From assembly GCA_017410525.1 (NCBI GenBank), contig JAFQQQ010000003.1, positions 46,209-110,208 on the forward strand: a DNA stretch of 64,000 nucleotides, in the 5' to 3' direction. Made by a program: the position numbers and the translations under genes. Position 1 is the stretch's first letter, and the number at the start of each line of letters is the position of its first letter. Positions 28,482-38,472 of this stretch are shown piece by piece. The DNA is from Bacilli bacterium. GTDB taxonomy: Bacteria > Bacillota_I > Bacilli_A > RF39 > UBA660. A model generated the notes under the pieces. That model was not told the DNA's origin, did not search any database, and was given only the letters and a program-made list of their open reading frames with translations.

Positions 28482-29402
28482 ATGAAAAATAAAGGATTCA
28501 CTCTTGTAGAATTATTAGCAGTTCTTATTATACTTGCTATTATATTTGTTATTTCTGTTCCTTTAATGACTGAAATATTAGATCAAAGTAAAAATACGCT
28601 ATATAAAAAACAAATTAATACAATTCTAGATGCAACTTATGATTATTCTTTAAAATATATTGAATATTTACCCGAAGACAATAATATCAGTTATATAACA
28701 CTAGGAGAATTAAAATATGAAGGTATAGTTGATTATGATTTAACTGATCCGGAAACAAATGAAAGATTTAAAAATGAATTAGTCATAAGTATTAACAAAG
28801 TAGGTACAGGATATAAAAATAGTGATATACATGCTAAATTAAAAGGTGACTATTTATATATAGTAGAAGTTGATAAATTAAAAGAAGCTAAAAATTTAAA
28901 ACCCATTATTACTTTGGATGGTTTAACAAAAAATACAGATGGAAATTATATTTTAACACTCGATTTAAATCAAGAAATTAATAATATTGCTTATAGTGCG
29001 ATTTCCGCAAATGGAGTAGATTTAACTAAAAAAGTAAAAAAATATATTTTATTAAATGATATTCCAACTGATAATATCACTACAACTAATTCAGGTATAT
29101 ATAAAGTTCATTATACAGTAGTAGATAACAATGGGTATGCTAATACAGCTACCTTAAGTATTATAATTGCGGATACAACAATACCTACAATTACGCTTCC
29201 AAATACAAATAAAATTGGTAAAGATGTAACAAATTTTGATTTATTAAAAAATGTTACTTGCGAAGATAACAGTGGTTATTGTGATATAGAGTTTTCTGGA
29301 GAAATAGATTATGGTGTTGTTGGAAAATATATAATTACATACACAGCAAAAGATCCAAGTGGAAATACAAGCATAAAGAAAAGAGTAATTACAATAGAAT
29401 AA
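28482..29402 (+). CDS. type IV pilin-like (prepilin N-terminal methylation domain) protein with Ig-like C-terminal region
   Basis: Classic class-III signal MKNKG/FTLVELLAVLIILAII. ATG at 28482 after GAGGTG. C-terminal beta-rich repeats. Confidence 0.65.
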   Translation: MKNKGFTLVELLAVLIILAIIFVISVPLMTEILDQSKNTLYKKQINTILDATYDYSLKYIEYLPEDNNISYITLGELKYEGIVDYDLTDPETNERFKNELVISINKVGTGYKNSDIHAKLKGDYLYIVEVDKLKEAKNLKPIITLDGLTKNTDGNYILTLDLNQEINNIAYSAISANGVDLTKKVKKYILLNDIPTDNITTTNSGIYKVHYTVVDNNGYANTATLSIIIADTTIPTITLPNTNKIGKDVTNFDLLKNVTCEDNSGYCDIEFSGEIDYGVVGKYIITYTAKDPSGNTSIKKRVITIE

Positions 29403-29472
29403 TAAAAATTATTCTTTTTTTTAAGTTTTTGTGGTACAATAGATAACAATTCATAAAAAGGAGAGTATTATA

Positions 29473-31002
29473 ATGAAAAAAATTAAGTTAATTGTATTAG
29501 TTTTATTAATAGTTTTATTAATTATAATTCTTTTTTATGAAATTTTTGGAACAAATTTATCTTACTTATCTTCTAGAGAAATAAAAGAAAATAGAATTTT
29601 AAATACAAATTTAATTACTCAATTAAAAATTAATAATGTAGATGCAATTTACGAAAAAAATACCAATACATTTTATTACACGATTCCAAGTAAATATGAA
29701 AATAATTTATATATTTTAAACTTAAATTTAGAAGATGGATTTAAATATAAAATAATTGATGAAACATTAAATATTATTAAAGTTAATTATACTAAAGAGA
29801 TAAACGTTATCATTTACAATGATAAATATTATTTTGAAACAAAAATACAATTAACAAATCTGCCTTTAATAAATATACTTAGTGAAGATGAAATTACTTC
29901 TAATGATACTAAGACACAGTTTAATTATTTTAATAATACTAATACTAAAAAAACAATTAATTTGAATAGTTTAATCAACATTAGAGGATCAACATCTAAA
30001 TGGTTTGATAAAAAATCTTATAAAATAAATTTTACTAATAAATCGTATACAGATGAAAAAGATATAAATATAGAAAATTTTTATAATGGCGATTCGTTGA
30101 TTTTAGATGCTGTTTATAGGGATCCTTCCAAAATAAGAAATGTTTTATGTATTGAGTTGTGGAATAACATTTCTAATGATTTTAGTAATGTAAATATATA
30201 TAGCGAGTTTGTAGAATTATTTATAAATAATGAATATAAAGGATTATATGTTTTAACTGAACCAATAAATAGAACTAAATTAAATTTAAATAAGACTTCT
30301 TCAAATGACACTAGTGTTATTGTAAAATCAAGTGTATGGGGAAAAATTCTTAATATAAGAGAGTATTATAAAATAGGTGAAAATGAATATTTGTATTATG
30401 AATTGAAATATCCAAATGATAAGAATATGTACGAAAAATCCTGGAATATAGTGTTAAATAAATTATCTAAATATTATAATAATGTAGATTTGTATGATGT
30501 TATAAAAAATAGTTTTAATATAGAAAATTATATTGACATGATAATATTTAATGCATTTACAAATAATGTAGATAATAAAATTGAAAAAAATAATTATTTC
30601 TATATAAATAGTTTAACAGATCCCCAACTGTTTATACAGCCTTGGGATATGGAATATACTTATGGACTTTTATTTGCAGAGAATATGTTTAACAATTTTA
30701 TAAAAAAAGAAGATTATAAAATAATATACACTAAATTTTATCACACAAATTCCTCTGAAATAAATAAATTACTAATAGAAAGATATTGGGAATTAAGAGA
30801 AAATATTTTAACTATAGATTTTTTTGATAGCTTATTAGGTAAATATTTAGATGAATTAACTAAGGGAGCTGCTTCAAGAGATTCAGAGAAGTGGTATGAA
30901 TATGATATAGAAAAAGAAATAGAAGAAATAAGAAGTTGGATTTACAATAGAATAGAATTTTTTGATGAATACGTGGAAAGCATAGAAAATGAAAAATCTT
31001 AG
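29473..31002 (+). CDS. CotH kinase-family protein
   Basis: N-terminal TM helix. CotH-like block NIRGSTSKWFDKKSYKINF. 509 aa. Confidence 0.6.
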   Translation: MKKIKLIVLVLLIVLLIIILFYEIFGTNLSYLSSREIKENRILNTNLITQLKINNVDAIYEKNTNTFYYTIPSKYENNLYILNLNLEDGFKYKIIDETLNIIKVNYTKEINVIIYNDKYYFETKIQLTNLPLINILSEDEITSNDTKTQFNYFNNTNTKKTINLNSLINIRGSTSKWFDKKSYKINFTNKSYTDEKDINIENFYNGDSLILDAVYRDPSKIRNVLCIELWNNISNDFSNVNIYSEFVELFINNEYKGLYVLTEPINRTKLNLNKTSSNDTSVIVKSSVWGKILNIREYYKIGENEYLYYELKYPNDKNMYEKSWNIVLNKLSKYYNNVDLYDVIKNSFNIENYIDMIIFNAFTNNVDNKIEKNNYFYINSLTDPQLFIQPWDMEYTYGLLFAENMFNNFIKKEDYKIIYTKFYHTNSSEINKLLIERYWELRENILTIDFFDSLLGKYLDELTKGAASRDSEKWYEYDIEKEIEEIRSWIYNRIEFFDEYVESIENEKS

Positions 31003-31666
31003 AAATGAATTAAAATATAAAATAACAGATAATGATTTTTATTTGTTAAATCTTAATTTAAAAAACTTAATAAAAAAAGATTCTAATTGTAAAGATGAGT
31101 TTTATAGCATTTCAAGTATTTATTTTGATAATTATAAAAAAACTTCTTATTATCAAGTTAAAAATGGAATAAGTGAAAGATGGAAATATAGAATAAGATT
31201 TTATAACTATGATGATTCATATATAATGTTAGAAAAGAAATATAAAATAAATGGATTAACTAATAAAAATGGTGTTAGAATTACTAGAGAAATGTTAGAT
31301 AATATTTTAAAAGGTAATGTGAAAATTGAAAAAAATCATAATAAATTATTAAACGAATTTATAATTAAAATAAAAACTGAATTATTAAAACCAATAATAT
31401 GTATTGAGTATGATAGAATACCTTATGTATATAAACTTGGAACAGTTAGATTAACTTTGGACTATAATATAAGGTATACAAATAATTATAGTGATTTATT
31501 TAATAAAAATAAAAAAGTGCATTATTTAAAAGATAAAATATTAGAAGTCAAATATAATGAATTAATTCCAGATTTTATAAGATATAGATTAGAATTAAAT
31601 CATTTAGAACAAATATCTTTTTCAAAATTTAATAATTGTATAGACAATTTAAATAGGAGGTTTTAG
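30989..31666 (+). CDS. VTC (polyphosphate-polymerase-like) domain protein
   Basis: ELKYKI..FYSISSIYFD..WKYRIRFYNYDDSYIMLEKKYK matches the bacterial VTC domain pattern. Confidence 0.65.
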   Translation: MKNLRNELKYKITDNDFYLLNLNLKNLIKKDSNCKDEFYSISSIYFDNYKKTSYYQVKNGISERWKYRIRFYNYDDSYIMLEKKYKINGLTNKNGVRITREMLDNILKGNVKIEKNHNKLLNEFIIKIKTELLKPIICIEYDRIPYVYKLGTVRLTLDYNIRYTNNYSDLFNKNKKVHYLKDKILEVKYNELIPDFIRYRLELNHLEQISFSKFNNCIDNLNRRF

Positions 31667-31668
31667 GT

Positions 31669-32349
31669 ATGATTTTAAAAGTAACCTTTGATGAAATATT
31701 TAAAGATAGTTTTTTAAATAATTTTTCATCTAATGTGTCAATTCCAACAATATGTGTGACACTTATATATACATTTTTATTATCTATATTTGTATTCTTT
31801 ATATACAAATTAACTACTAAAAATGTAATATATTCAAAGAAGTTCAATATATCAATGTCTTTGATGTCTATAATAACTGCTGCGATAGTTCTATCTATGC
31901 AAGCAAACATTACAGTATCACTTGGTATGGTTGGAGCTTTATCAATAGTAAGATTTAGAACTGCGATAAAAGAGCCGAGAGATTTACTTTTCTTATTTTG
32001 GAGTATATCTAATGGTATAATAATAGGAGCTCAGGTTTATTCAATGGCAATAGTACTTGCTATTGTGCTTGGTATAGCTATGTTATTCTTTGATATAATT
32101 CCAGAAAAAAAGATTCCATATTTACTAGTTATATATTTTAAAAGTGTAAAAACGAGAGATATAGAAATAATTCTTGGCAGTCATAAAGTAAAATATAAAT
32201 TAAAATCAGAAAATTTATCTAGTAAAGAATCTAGTTATATTTATGAATTAAAAGTTAAGAAAGATAAATCTTTTGTAGAAGAGATATTAAAAATTAAAGG
32301 AGTTAGTGAAGTTAACTTACTAAGTCAAGATGGAGAAAGTCAATATTAA
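31669..32349 (+). CDS. DUF4956 membrane protein
   Basis: SIVRFRTAIKEPRDLLFLFWSI matches the DUF4956 core. Multi-TM. Confidence 0.65.
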   Translation: MILKVTFDEIFKDSFLNNFSSNVSIPTICVTLIYTFLLSIFVFFIYKLTTKNVIYSKKFNISMSLMSIITAAIVLSMQANITVSLGMVGALSIVRFRTAIKEPRDLLFLFWSISNGIIIGAQVYSMAIVLAIVLGIAMLFFDIIPEKKIPYLLVIYFKSVKTRDIEIILGSHKVKYKLKSENLSSKESSYIYELKVKKDKSFVEEILKIKGVSEVNLLSQDGESQY

Positions 32350-32387
32350 ATCAACTTTATTTAGTTGATTTTTTTTATAATTATTAT

Positions 32388-32416
32388 TGACAAAATAGGT
32401 AACATATGTTACCATG
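32388..32416 (+). promoter_or_regulatory. promoter with embedded perfect 16-bp palindromic operator
   Basis: TTGACA at 32388-32393. GGTAACATATGTTACC at 32398-32413 sits between the -35 and -10 regions. RBS GGAGG at 32439. Confidence 0.55.
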
Positions 32417-32455
32417 TAAATGTATTAAGTTGTATCTTGGAGGTGTAATGTATCG

Positions 32456-32787
32456 GTGAATAATGATCAACTAAAGATTTTATCAAAAATGAAGAAATTA
32501 ATTAAATTAGGTAAAAGAAGATTCCAAATTAGAGAGACAGAGATTATTTACAAGATTTACTTGAACTAGGCATTAGTGAATCAGAAGCATGGAACGTTAT
32601 TTTAGAATTAAATAAACATTTTTATTTTAATGATCCTAAACCTTCATATTATAAAAACACTGATACATTAATTTTTAAAAAGCAAATAAATGGTATTGTT
32701 GCATATATTAAATTAAAAATTGAAAATAATAATAACCAAGAAGAGATAGTGGTATGTATATCTTTTCATGAAGATAATAGATTTTAA
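32456..32787 (+). pseudogene. MqsR-family (RelE-fold) type II toxin gene, interrupted by a single-nucleotide frameshift
   Basis: Frame 1 (GTG 32456) reads VNNDQLKILSKMKKLIKLGKRRFQIRETE... and stops at 32567. The +1 frame reads DYLQDLLELGISESEAWNVILELNKHFYFND...YIKLKIENNNNQEEIVVCISFHEDNRF and ends at 32787. The joined product aligns along the whole of E. coli MqsR. Confidence 0.6.
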
Positions 32788-32801
32788 AGGAGAATGTAAT
32801 T

Positions 32802-33770
32802 ATGAAATGTGATATTTGTGGGGGAACAAATACTTATATTAAAAATTACAAGCATGAATATACGATAAAAGGTAGAAATATAGAATTCGAAAGTGAAAGA
32901 TGTTTTTGTATTGAATGTAATTCTATCGTATATGATCAAATATTAGATAATATAGCAAGTGAAAAAGCAATAGATACATATAATAAAAAATATGGTATTT
33001 GTAAAGAAAAAATTATTGAATTAAGAAATAAATATAATTTGTCTTTAGAGTTGTTTGCTAAAATAATTGGATGTGCTAAAAAGACATTAATAAGCTATGA
33101 AAAAGGAACATCTATACCAAACGATAATTATATTATTATTTTAAATAGTTTATTATCAAACCCATTATTAATAATAGATTTGATAGAATCAAATAAAGGT
33201 CAATTCACTCAAAAAGAATATTCAAAATTGCAAGATAAACTTATACAAAACAACAACATAAATCAATTATTTTTTGATACTGATTTTGAACCTACTGTAT
33301 ATAATGGTTATACAAGATTAAATAAGAATAAAGTTTTAAATATGATTTTATTTTTAGCGGACACTACAATTTTAAAAACAAAGTTATTGAAAGAAATGTT
33401 TTATTCAGATTTTTTATATTATAAAAACACTGGTGCCTCAATAACAGGTTTAGAATATGCAAAAATAACACACGGTCCAGTGCCTGATAATTTTGATGAA
33501 ATAATTAGTGCTTATGTAGAACAAGGTTTAATAGATTATAAAATTGAATATGAAAACGATTATGAAAATCATAAAATTAGTAGTATTGATAAATTTAATA
33601 AAAATATTTTTTTAAGTGATGAATTAAAAATTTTAGAACAAGTAAAAAAATATTTTGAATCTTTTACTTCAAAACAAATAGCAGAGTTTTCACATATGGA
33701 AAAGGCATTTACTGAAACTGAATTTAGTAAAAAAATTGAATATGATTATGCCTTTTATTTAAGTTTATAA
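32802..33770 (+). CDS. MqsA-like antitoxin (Zn-ribbon + XRE HTH) fused to a C-terminal Panacea/DUF4065 domain
   Basis: MKCDICGG...KGR...CFCIECN zinc ribbon. HTH LSLELFAKIIGCAKKTLISYEKG. The C-terminal ~190 aa carry the DUF4065 pattern KLLKEMFYSDFLYYKNTGASITGLEYAKITHGPV. Confidence 0.7.
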   Translation: MKCDICGGTNTYIKNYKHEYTIKGRNIEFESERCFCIECNSIVYDQILDNIASEKAIDTYNKKYGICKEKIIELRNKYNLSLELFAKIIGCAKKTLISYEKGTSIPNDNYIIILNSLLSNPLLIIDLIESNKGQFTQKEYSKLQDKLIQNNNINQLFFDTDFEPTVYNGYTRLNKNKVLNMILFLADTTILKTKLLKEMFYSDFLYYKNTGASITGLEYAKITHGPVPDNFDEIISAYVEQGLIDYKIEYENDYENHKISSIDKFNKNIFLSDELKILEQVKKYFESFTSKQIAEFSHMEKAFTETEFSKKIEYDYAFYLSL

Positions 33771-33862
33771 AATTATTGTATAGTATAAATCAGTTATTCG
33801 AAAATTTAGAATAACTGAAAACTATGATAATAGTGTAATAAATTGTTAAAAAACATTACAAA

Positions 33863-33888
33863 ATAAGCTTTTTTAGGCTTATTTTTTT
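33863..33888 (+). terminator. intrinsic terminator
   Basis: AATAAGC-TTTTTAG-GCTTATT hairpin followed by a T-run. Confidence 0.45.
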
Positions 33889-33933
33889 GACTTTGATTTG
33901 AAAAATGTGTTATAATGAACTAGGTGAATAGAT

Positions 33934-35844
33934 ATGGTAAAATATGATGAAAGCTCAATTAAGATATTAGAAGGACTTGAAGCAGTTAGAAAAAGACCTG
34001 GTATGTATATTGGATCAACTGATAAAAGAGGACTTCATCATTTAATATGGGAAATTGTTGATAATGGTATAGACGAAGTTATCAATGGGTTTGGTAAAAA
34101 AATAAAAATAATATTACACAAAGATAAAAGTGTTAGTGTAGAAGATGAAGGAAGAGGTGTACCTGTTGGAAAACATTCTAGTGGTATGTCAACTCCAGAA
34201 GTAATTTATACTGTACTTCACGCAGGTGGTAAATTTGAAAGTAGCGGATATACTGTATCTGGAGGTCTTCATGGCGTAGGTGCTAGTGTTGTTAATGCCT
34301 TAAGTAAATGGATGGAAGTAACTATTAAAAGAGAAGGTTATGAGCACTTCATTCGTTTCAAAGATGGTGGTAAGGTAGATATACCTTTAACTAAAAGAGA
34401 CAAAACTAGTAAAACTGGTACAAGAGTTAGATTTATGCCAGATGATGAAATATTCTCAACTACTAATTTTTCATTTACTACTGTTTGTGAAAGGATGCAA
34501 GAAAGTGCTTTCCTTTTAGAAGGGTTAACAGTAGAAGTGACAGATGAAGAAGATAATAGAAATGAAAGTTTTTGTTATGATGATGGATTAAAAGCATTCG
34601 TTGAATACATAAATGAAGCTAAAAAAGAACTACACAAAGCAACTGTAATGAATGGTAGCAAAGATAAAATAGATGTTAAAGTAGCTTTTCAATATACAGA
34701 AAGTTATAGCGAAAATATAATATCGTTTGTTAATAATGTTAAAACAAGTGATGGTGGTACTCATGAAGTAGGACTTAAAACTGCTATTACAAGAGTATTT
34801 AATGAATATGCTAAAGAAAATGGATATTTAAAAGCCAAAGATAAAAACTTAGAAGGTCCAGATACAAGAGAAGGATTAACTGCTGTCATAAGTTTAAAAA
34901 TACCTGAAGCTTTACTTCAATTTGAAGGACAAACTAAAGGTAAACTTGGAACACCTATTGCTCGTACAGTAGTAGATAGTATAGTATCTGAAAAGTTAAA
35001 ATTCTTTCTTGAAGAAAATAAAGCAATTGCTACTGCAATTTTAAACAAAATGATTAAGAGTAGAAATGCTAGAGAAGCTGCAAGAAAAGCTCGTGATGAA
35101 GCTAGAAATGGTAAAAATAAAGATAAAAAAGAAAGAATTATTAGTGGTAAATTAACTCCTGCTCAAAGTAAGAATCCTAAAATAAATGAATTATTCTTAG
35201 TCGAAGGTGATTCTGCAGGTGGATCTGCTAAAACAGGTAGAGATAGAAAATATCAAGCAATACTACCACTTCGTGGTAAAGTATTAAATACAGAAAAAGC
35301 ATCATTAGATGAAGCTTATAAAAATGAAGAAATAAATACTATGATACATGCAATTGGTGCTGGTGTTGGAAGTGATTTTGATATAAATGATTCAAATTAT
35401 GATAAAGTAATAATAATGACCGATGCAGATGTAGATGGATCTCATATTCAAATATTACTTTTAACATTCTTCTATAGATATATGAAACCTTTAATTGAAA
35501 CAGGACATTTATATATCGCAATGCCGCCACTTTATAAAATTGAATGTGGTAAAGAAGGAGAATATGCTTGGACAGAAGAAGATAGAAAAGCACTTCTAGA
35601 AAAATATAAAGGTAAATCAACTAAGACACAAAGATATAAAGGTTTAGGAGAAATGGATGCTAATCAATTATGGGAAACAACTATGGATCCTAATACAAGA
35701 AGTTTAATTAAAGTAAGTATCAATGATGCTGCTTTAGCTGAAAAAAGAGTTAGAGTTCTTATGGGAGATAAAGTAGAACCTAGAAAAGAATGGATAGAAG
35801 AAAATGTAGAATTCTCACTAGAGGATAATTATAAAATTAATTAG
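33934..35844 (+). CDS. parE: DNA topoisomerase IV subunit B (ParE); GyrB-family ATPase
   Basis: LEGLEAVRKRPGMYIGST and a Toprim domain. 636 aa. Paired with a ParC-type A subunit. Extended -10 TGTGTTATAAT upstream. Confidence 0.75.
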   Translation: MVKYDESSIKILEGLEAVRKRPGMYIGSTDKRGLHHLIWEIVDNGIDEVINGFGKKIKIILHKDKSVSVEDEGRGVPVGKHSSGMSTPEVIYTVLHAGGKFESSGYTVSGGLHGVGASVVNALSKWMEVTIKREGYEHFIRFKDGGKVDIPLTKRDKTSKTGTRVRFMPDDEIFSTTNFSFTTVCERMQESAFLLEGLTVEVTDEEDNRNESFCYDDGLKAFVEYINEAKKELHKATVMNGSKDKIDVKVAFQYTESYSENIISFVNNVKTSDGGTHEVGLKTAITRVFNEYAKENGYLKAKDKNLEGPDTREGLTAVISLKIPEALLQFEGQTKGKLGTPIARTVVDSIVSEKLKFFLEENKAIATAILNKMIKSRNAREAARKARDEARNGKNKDKKERIISGKLTPAQSKNPKINELFLVEGDSAGGSAKTGRDRKYQAILPLRGKVLNTEKASLDEAYKNEEINTMIHAIGAGVGSDFDINDSNYDKVIIMTDADVDGSHIQILLLTFFYRYMKPLIETGHLYIAMPPLYKIECGKEGEYAWTEEDRKALLEKYKGKSTKTQRYKGLGEMDANQLWETTMDPNTRSLIKVSINDAALAEKRVRVLMGDKVEPRKEWIEENVEFSLEDNYKIN

Positions 35845-35853
35845 GAGTGAAGT

Positions 35854-38409
35854 ATGGCAAAGAAGAAAGAAGAAACAAACGAAATGTTAGGTAGAATTTA
35901 TGATTATACTCTAGAAGAAATAATGGGAGATAGATTTGGACAATATGCTAAAGATATTATTCAAAATCGTGCTATTCCAGATGTTAGAGATGGTTTAAAA
36001 CCTGTTCAAAGAAGAATTCTATATGCAATGTTTAGAGATAAAAATACTTATGATAAAGCCCATAAAAAGAGTGCTACAGCAGTAGGAAATGTTATGGGAC
36101 ATTACCACCCGCATGGAGACTCATCTATATATGAAGCAATGGTACATATGAGCCAGTGGTGGAAACAAAATGAATGTTATATAGACATGCATGGTAATAA
36201 TGGATCTATGGATGGTGATAGTGCTGCTGCTATGCGTTATACAGAAGCAAGACTATCTAAAATAAGTGGTGAACTTTTAAAAGATATAGATAAAGATACA
36301 ATAGAATGGGCACCTAACTTTGACGATACATTATATGAACCAATAGTTTTACCTGCTAAATATCCTAACTTACTTGTTAATGGTGCTAAAGGTATTTCTG
36401 CTGGATACGCTACAGAAATACCACCACACAACCTAGGTGAAGTTATAGATGCTACTATAAAAAGAATAGATTCTCCAAACTGTAGATTAGATACTATTCT
36501 TGATATAGTAAAAGGTCCGGACTTCCCAACAGGAGGAATTGTAGAAGGAAAGACGCAAATAGAAGAAGCTTTAACAAAAGGTAGAGGAAAAGTAATAATT
36601 CGTTCTAAATATGAAATAGTAGAAGACAAAAAGAACAAACAAGTAATTATACATGAAATACCTTTTGAAGTTAATAAAGCTAACTTAGTTAAAAAAATAT
36701 CTGATATTATCTATGATAAAAAAATAGATGGTATAACAGAAATAAGAGATGAATCAGACAGAGAAGAAAAGGTTAGAATTGCTATTGATTTAAAGAAAGA
36801 TGCTAATGTAGATAATATACTTAATTATTTATTTAAAAATACCGATTTACAAGTAAGTTATTCTTATAACATGGTGTGTATAGTAAATAGAAGACCTATG
36901 ATAGTAGGTGTTGTTGAAGTATTAGATGCATATATTGCTCATCAAAAAGAAGTAATAACACGTCGTACTAGATTTGATTTAGAACACGCTAAAGCAAGAA
37001 TGCATATCGTAGAAGGTTTAATTAAAGCTTTAGATATACTAGATGAAGTTATTAAAACTATTAGAGCTAGTAAAAATAAAAGTGATGCTATTAAAAACTT
37101 AGTAGAATGTTATGATTTTAGTGAAAAACAAGCAGAAGCAATAGTTAATTTACAACTTTATAGATTAACTAATACAGATGTTAATGTATTAAAAGAAGAA
37201 CATGCTAATTTACTTAAAGTAATTGCTATATTAGAAAGTATCTTAAGTGATGAAGAAAAATTAAAAACTGTTATGAAAAAAGAGTTAAAAGCTATTAAAG
37301 ATGAATATGCTACTCCAAGAAAAACAGAAATAAAAGATGAAATAACTGAAATAAAAATTGATACTCAAGCAATGATTCCAAAAGAAGATTGCATAGTAGT
37401 AGTAACTAAAGATGGTTATGTAAAAAGAGTTTCCAAGAGAAGTTATGCCGCATCTAATGAAGAAAAAACAGGATTGAAAGAACAAGATTATGTTATAGGT
37501 ATGTATGAATTAAATACACTCGATACAGTACTCTTGTTTACTGACATTGGTAATTATTTATTTGTGCCAGTACATGAAATACCTGATATGAAGTGGAAAG
37601 ATTTAGGTAAACATATAAGTAATATAATTAAAATAAATCCAGAAGAAAATATTATAGATGCAATACCTATAGTAGATTTTAATACAGATAAATATATTAC
37701 AGTATTTACTAAAAATGGTATGATTAAACGTACTTTAATTAGTGAATTAAAAGCTTTAAGACATACTAAACCAATGCCTTATATTAAACTTAAAGATGGA
37801 GATATAGTTGTTAATATATCTTATAATACTGGTACTGATGTATTTATAACTACACATAATGGATTTGCTTTAAGATATGATATAAATGAAGTGCCGCTTC
37901 TTGGAAGTCGTGCTAGTGGAGTTAAAGGAATTAGTTTAAAAAATGATGTAGTTGTTTCAGGTAATGTAATTAGTGATGAAGAATATATTTCTCTTATTAC
38001 AACAAAAAACACTGGTAAAAGAGTAAGAATATCAGATTTTGAAAGAATATCAAGAGCAAGAAAAGGTATTCAAATAATAAGAGATGTTAAAACTAATCCA
38101 TATTACATATTAAAAGCATTTACAATAAATTCTAGAAATAATATTGGATTAAAGTTCAAAGAAGATATAGAAATAATTAAATTAACTGAACTTCCAATAA
38201 CAGATAGACATTCAACAGGTACAAGTTTATCTAAACATGATATATTTGATGTATTTGTTGAAAAAGTTTTAGAAAATCCTAAAGAAACAAAAAAGGTTAT
38301 TGAAGAAGAAAAAGAAATAATAAAAGAAAATGTTTCTTTAGAAAGTATAGATCAACGAATGATGACTATTGATGACTTTTTAGGTGATTTAGATAAAGGG
38401 ATAGAGTAA
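35854..38409 (+). CDS. parC: DNA topoisomerase IV subunit A (ParC)
   Basis: AIPDVRDGLKPVQRRILYAM has the ParC-type VQRRIL motif rather than the GyrA-type VHRRVL. 851 aa. Confidence 0.75.
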   Translation: MAKKKEETNEMLGRIYDYTLEEIMGDRFGQYAKDIIQNRAIPDVRDGLKPVQRRILYAMFRDKNTYDKAHKKSATAVGNVMGHYHPHGDSSIYEAMVHMSQWWKQNECYIDMHGNNGSMDGDSAAAMRYTEARLSKISGELLKDIDKDTIEWAPNFDDTLYEPIVLPAKYPNLLVNGAKGISAGYATEIPPHNLGEVIDATIKRIDSPNCRLDTILDIVKGPDFPTGGIVEGKTQIEEALTKGRGKVIIRSKYEIVEDKKNKQVIIHEIPFEVNKANLVKKISDIIYDKKIDGITEIRDESDREEKVRIAIDLKKDANVDNILNYLFKNTDLQVSYSYNMVCIVNRRPMIVGVVEVLDAYIAHQKEVITRRTRFDLEHAKARMHIVEGLIKALDILDEVIKTIRASKNKSDAIKNLVECYDFSEKQAEAIVNLQLYRLTNTDVNVLKEEHANLLKVIAILESILSDEEKLKTVMKKELKAIKDEYATPRKTEIKDEITEIKIDTQAMIPKEDCIVVVTKDGYVKRVSKRSYAASNEEKTGLKEQDYVIGMYELNTLDTVLLFTDIGNYLFVPVHEIPDMKWKDLGKHISNIIKINPEENIIDAIPIVDFNTDKYITVFTKNGMIKRTLISELKALRHTKPMPYIKLKDGDIVVNISYNTGTDVFITTHNGFALRYDINEVPLLGSRASGVKGISLKNDVVVSGNVISDEEYISLITTKNTGKRVRISDFERISRARKGIQIIRDVKTNPYYILKAFTINSRNNIGLKFKEDIEIIKLTELPITDRHSTGTSLSKHDIFDVFVEKVLENPKETKKVIEEEKEIIKENVSLESIDQRMMTIDDFLGDLDKGIE

Positions 38410-38472
38410 TCTATCTTTTTTTCTTTCTAAAATAGTGTTATAATATAATTGTTGAATATAGTCAAAGGGTGA

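Noticed and set aside
33934-38409. Calling the GyrB/GyrA-like pair gyrB/gyrA
   Set aside because: The A subunit carries the ParC-type VQRRILYAM motif, and the context is not the dnaA-dnaN-recF-gyrB origin neighbourhood. Topoisomerase IV (parE/parC) is more likely. Not provable without phylogeny.
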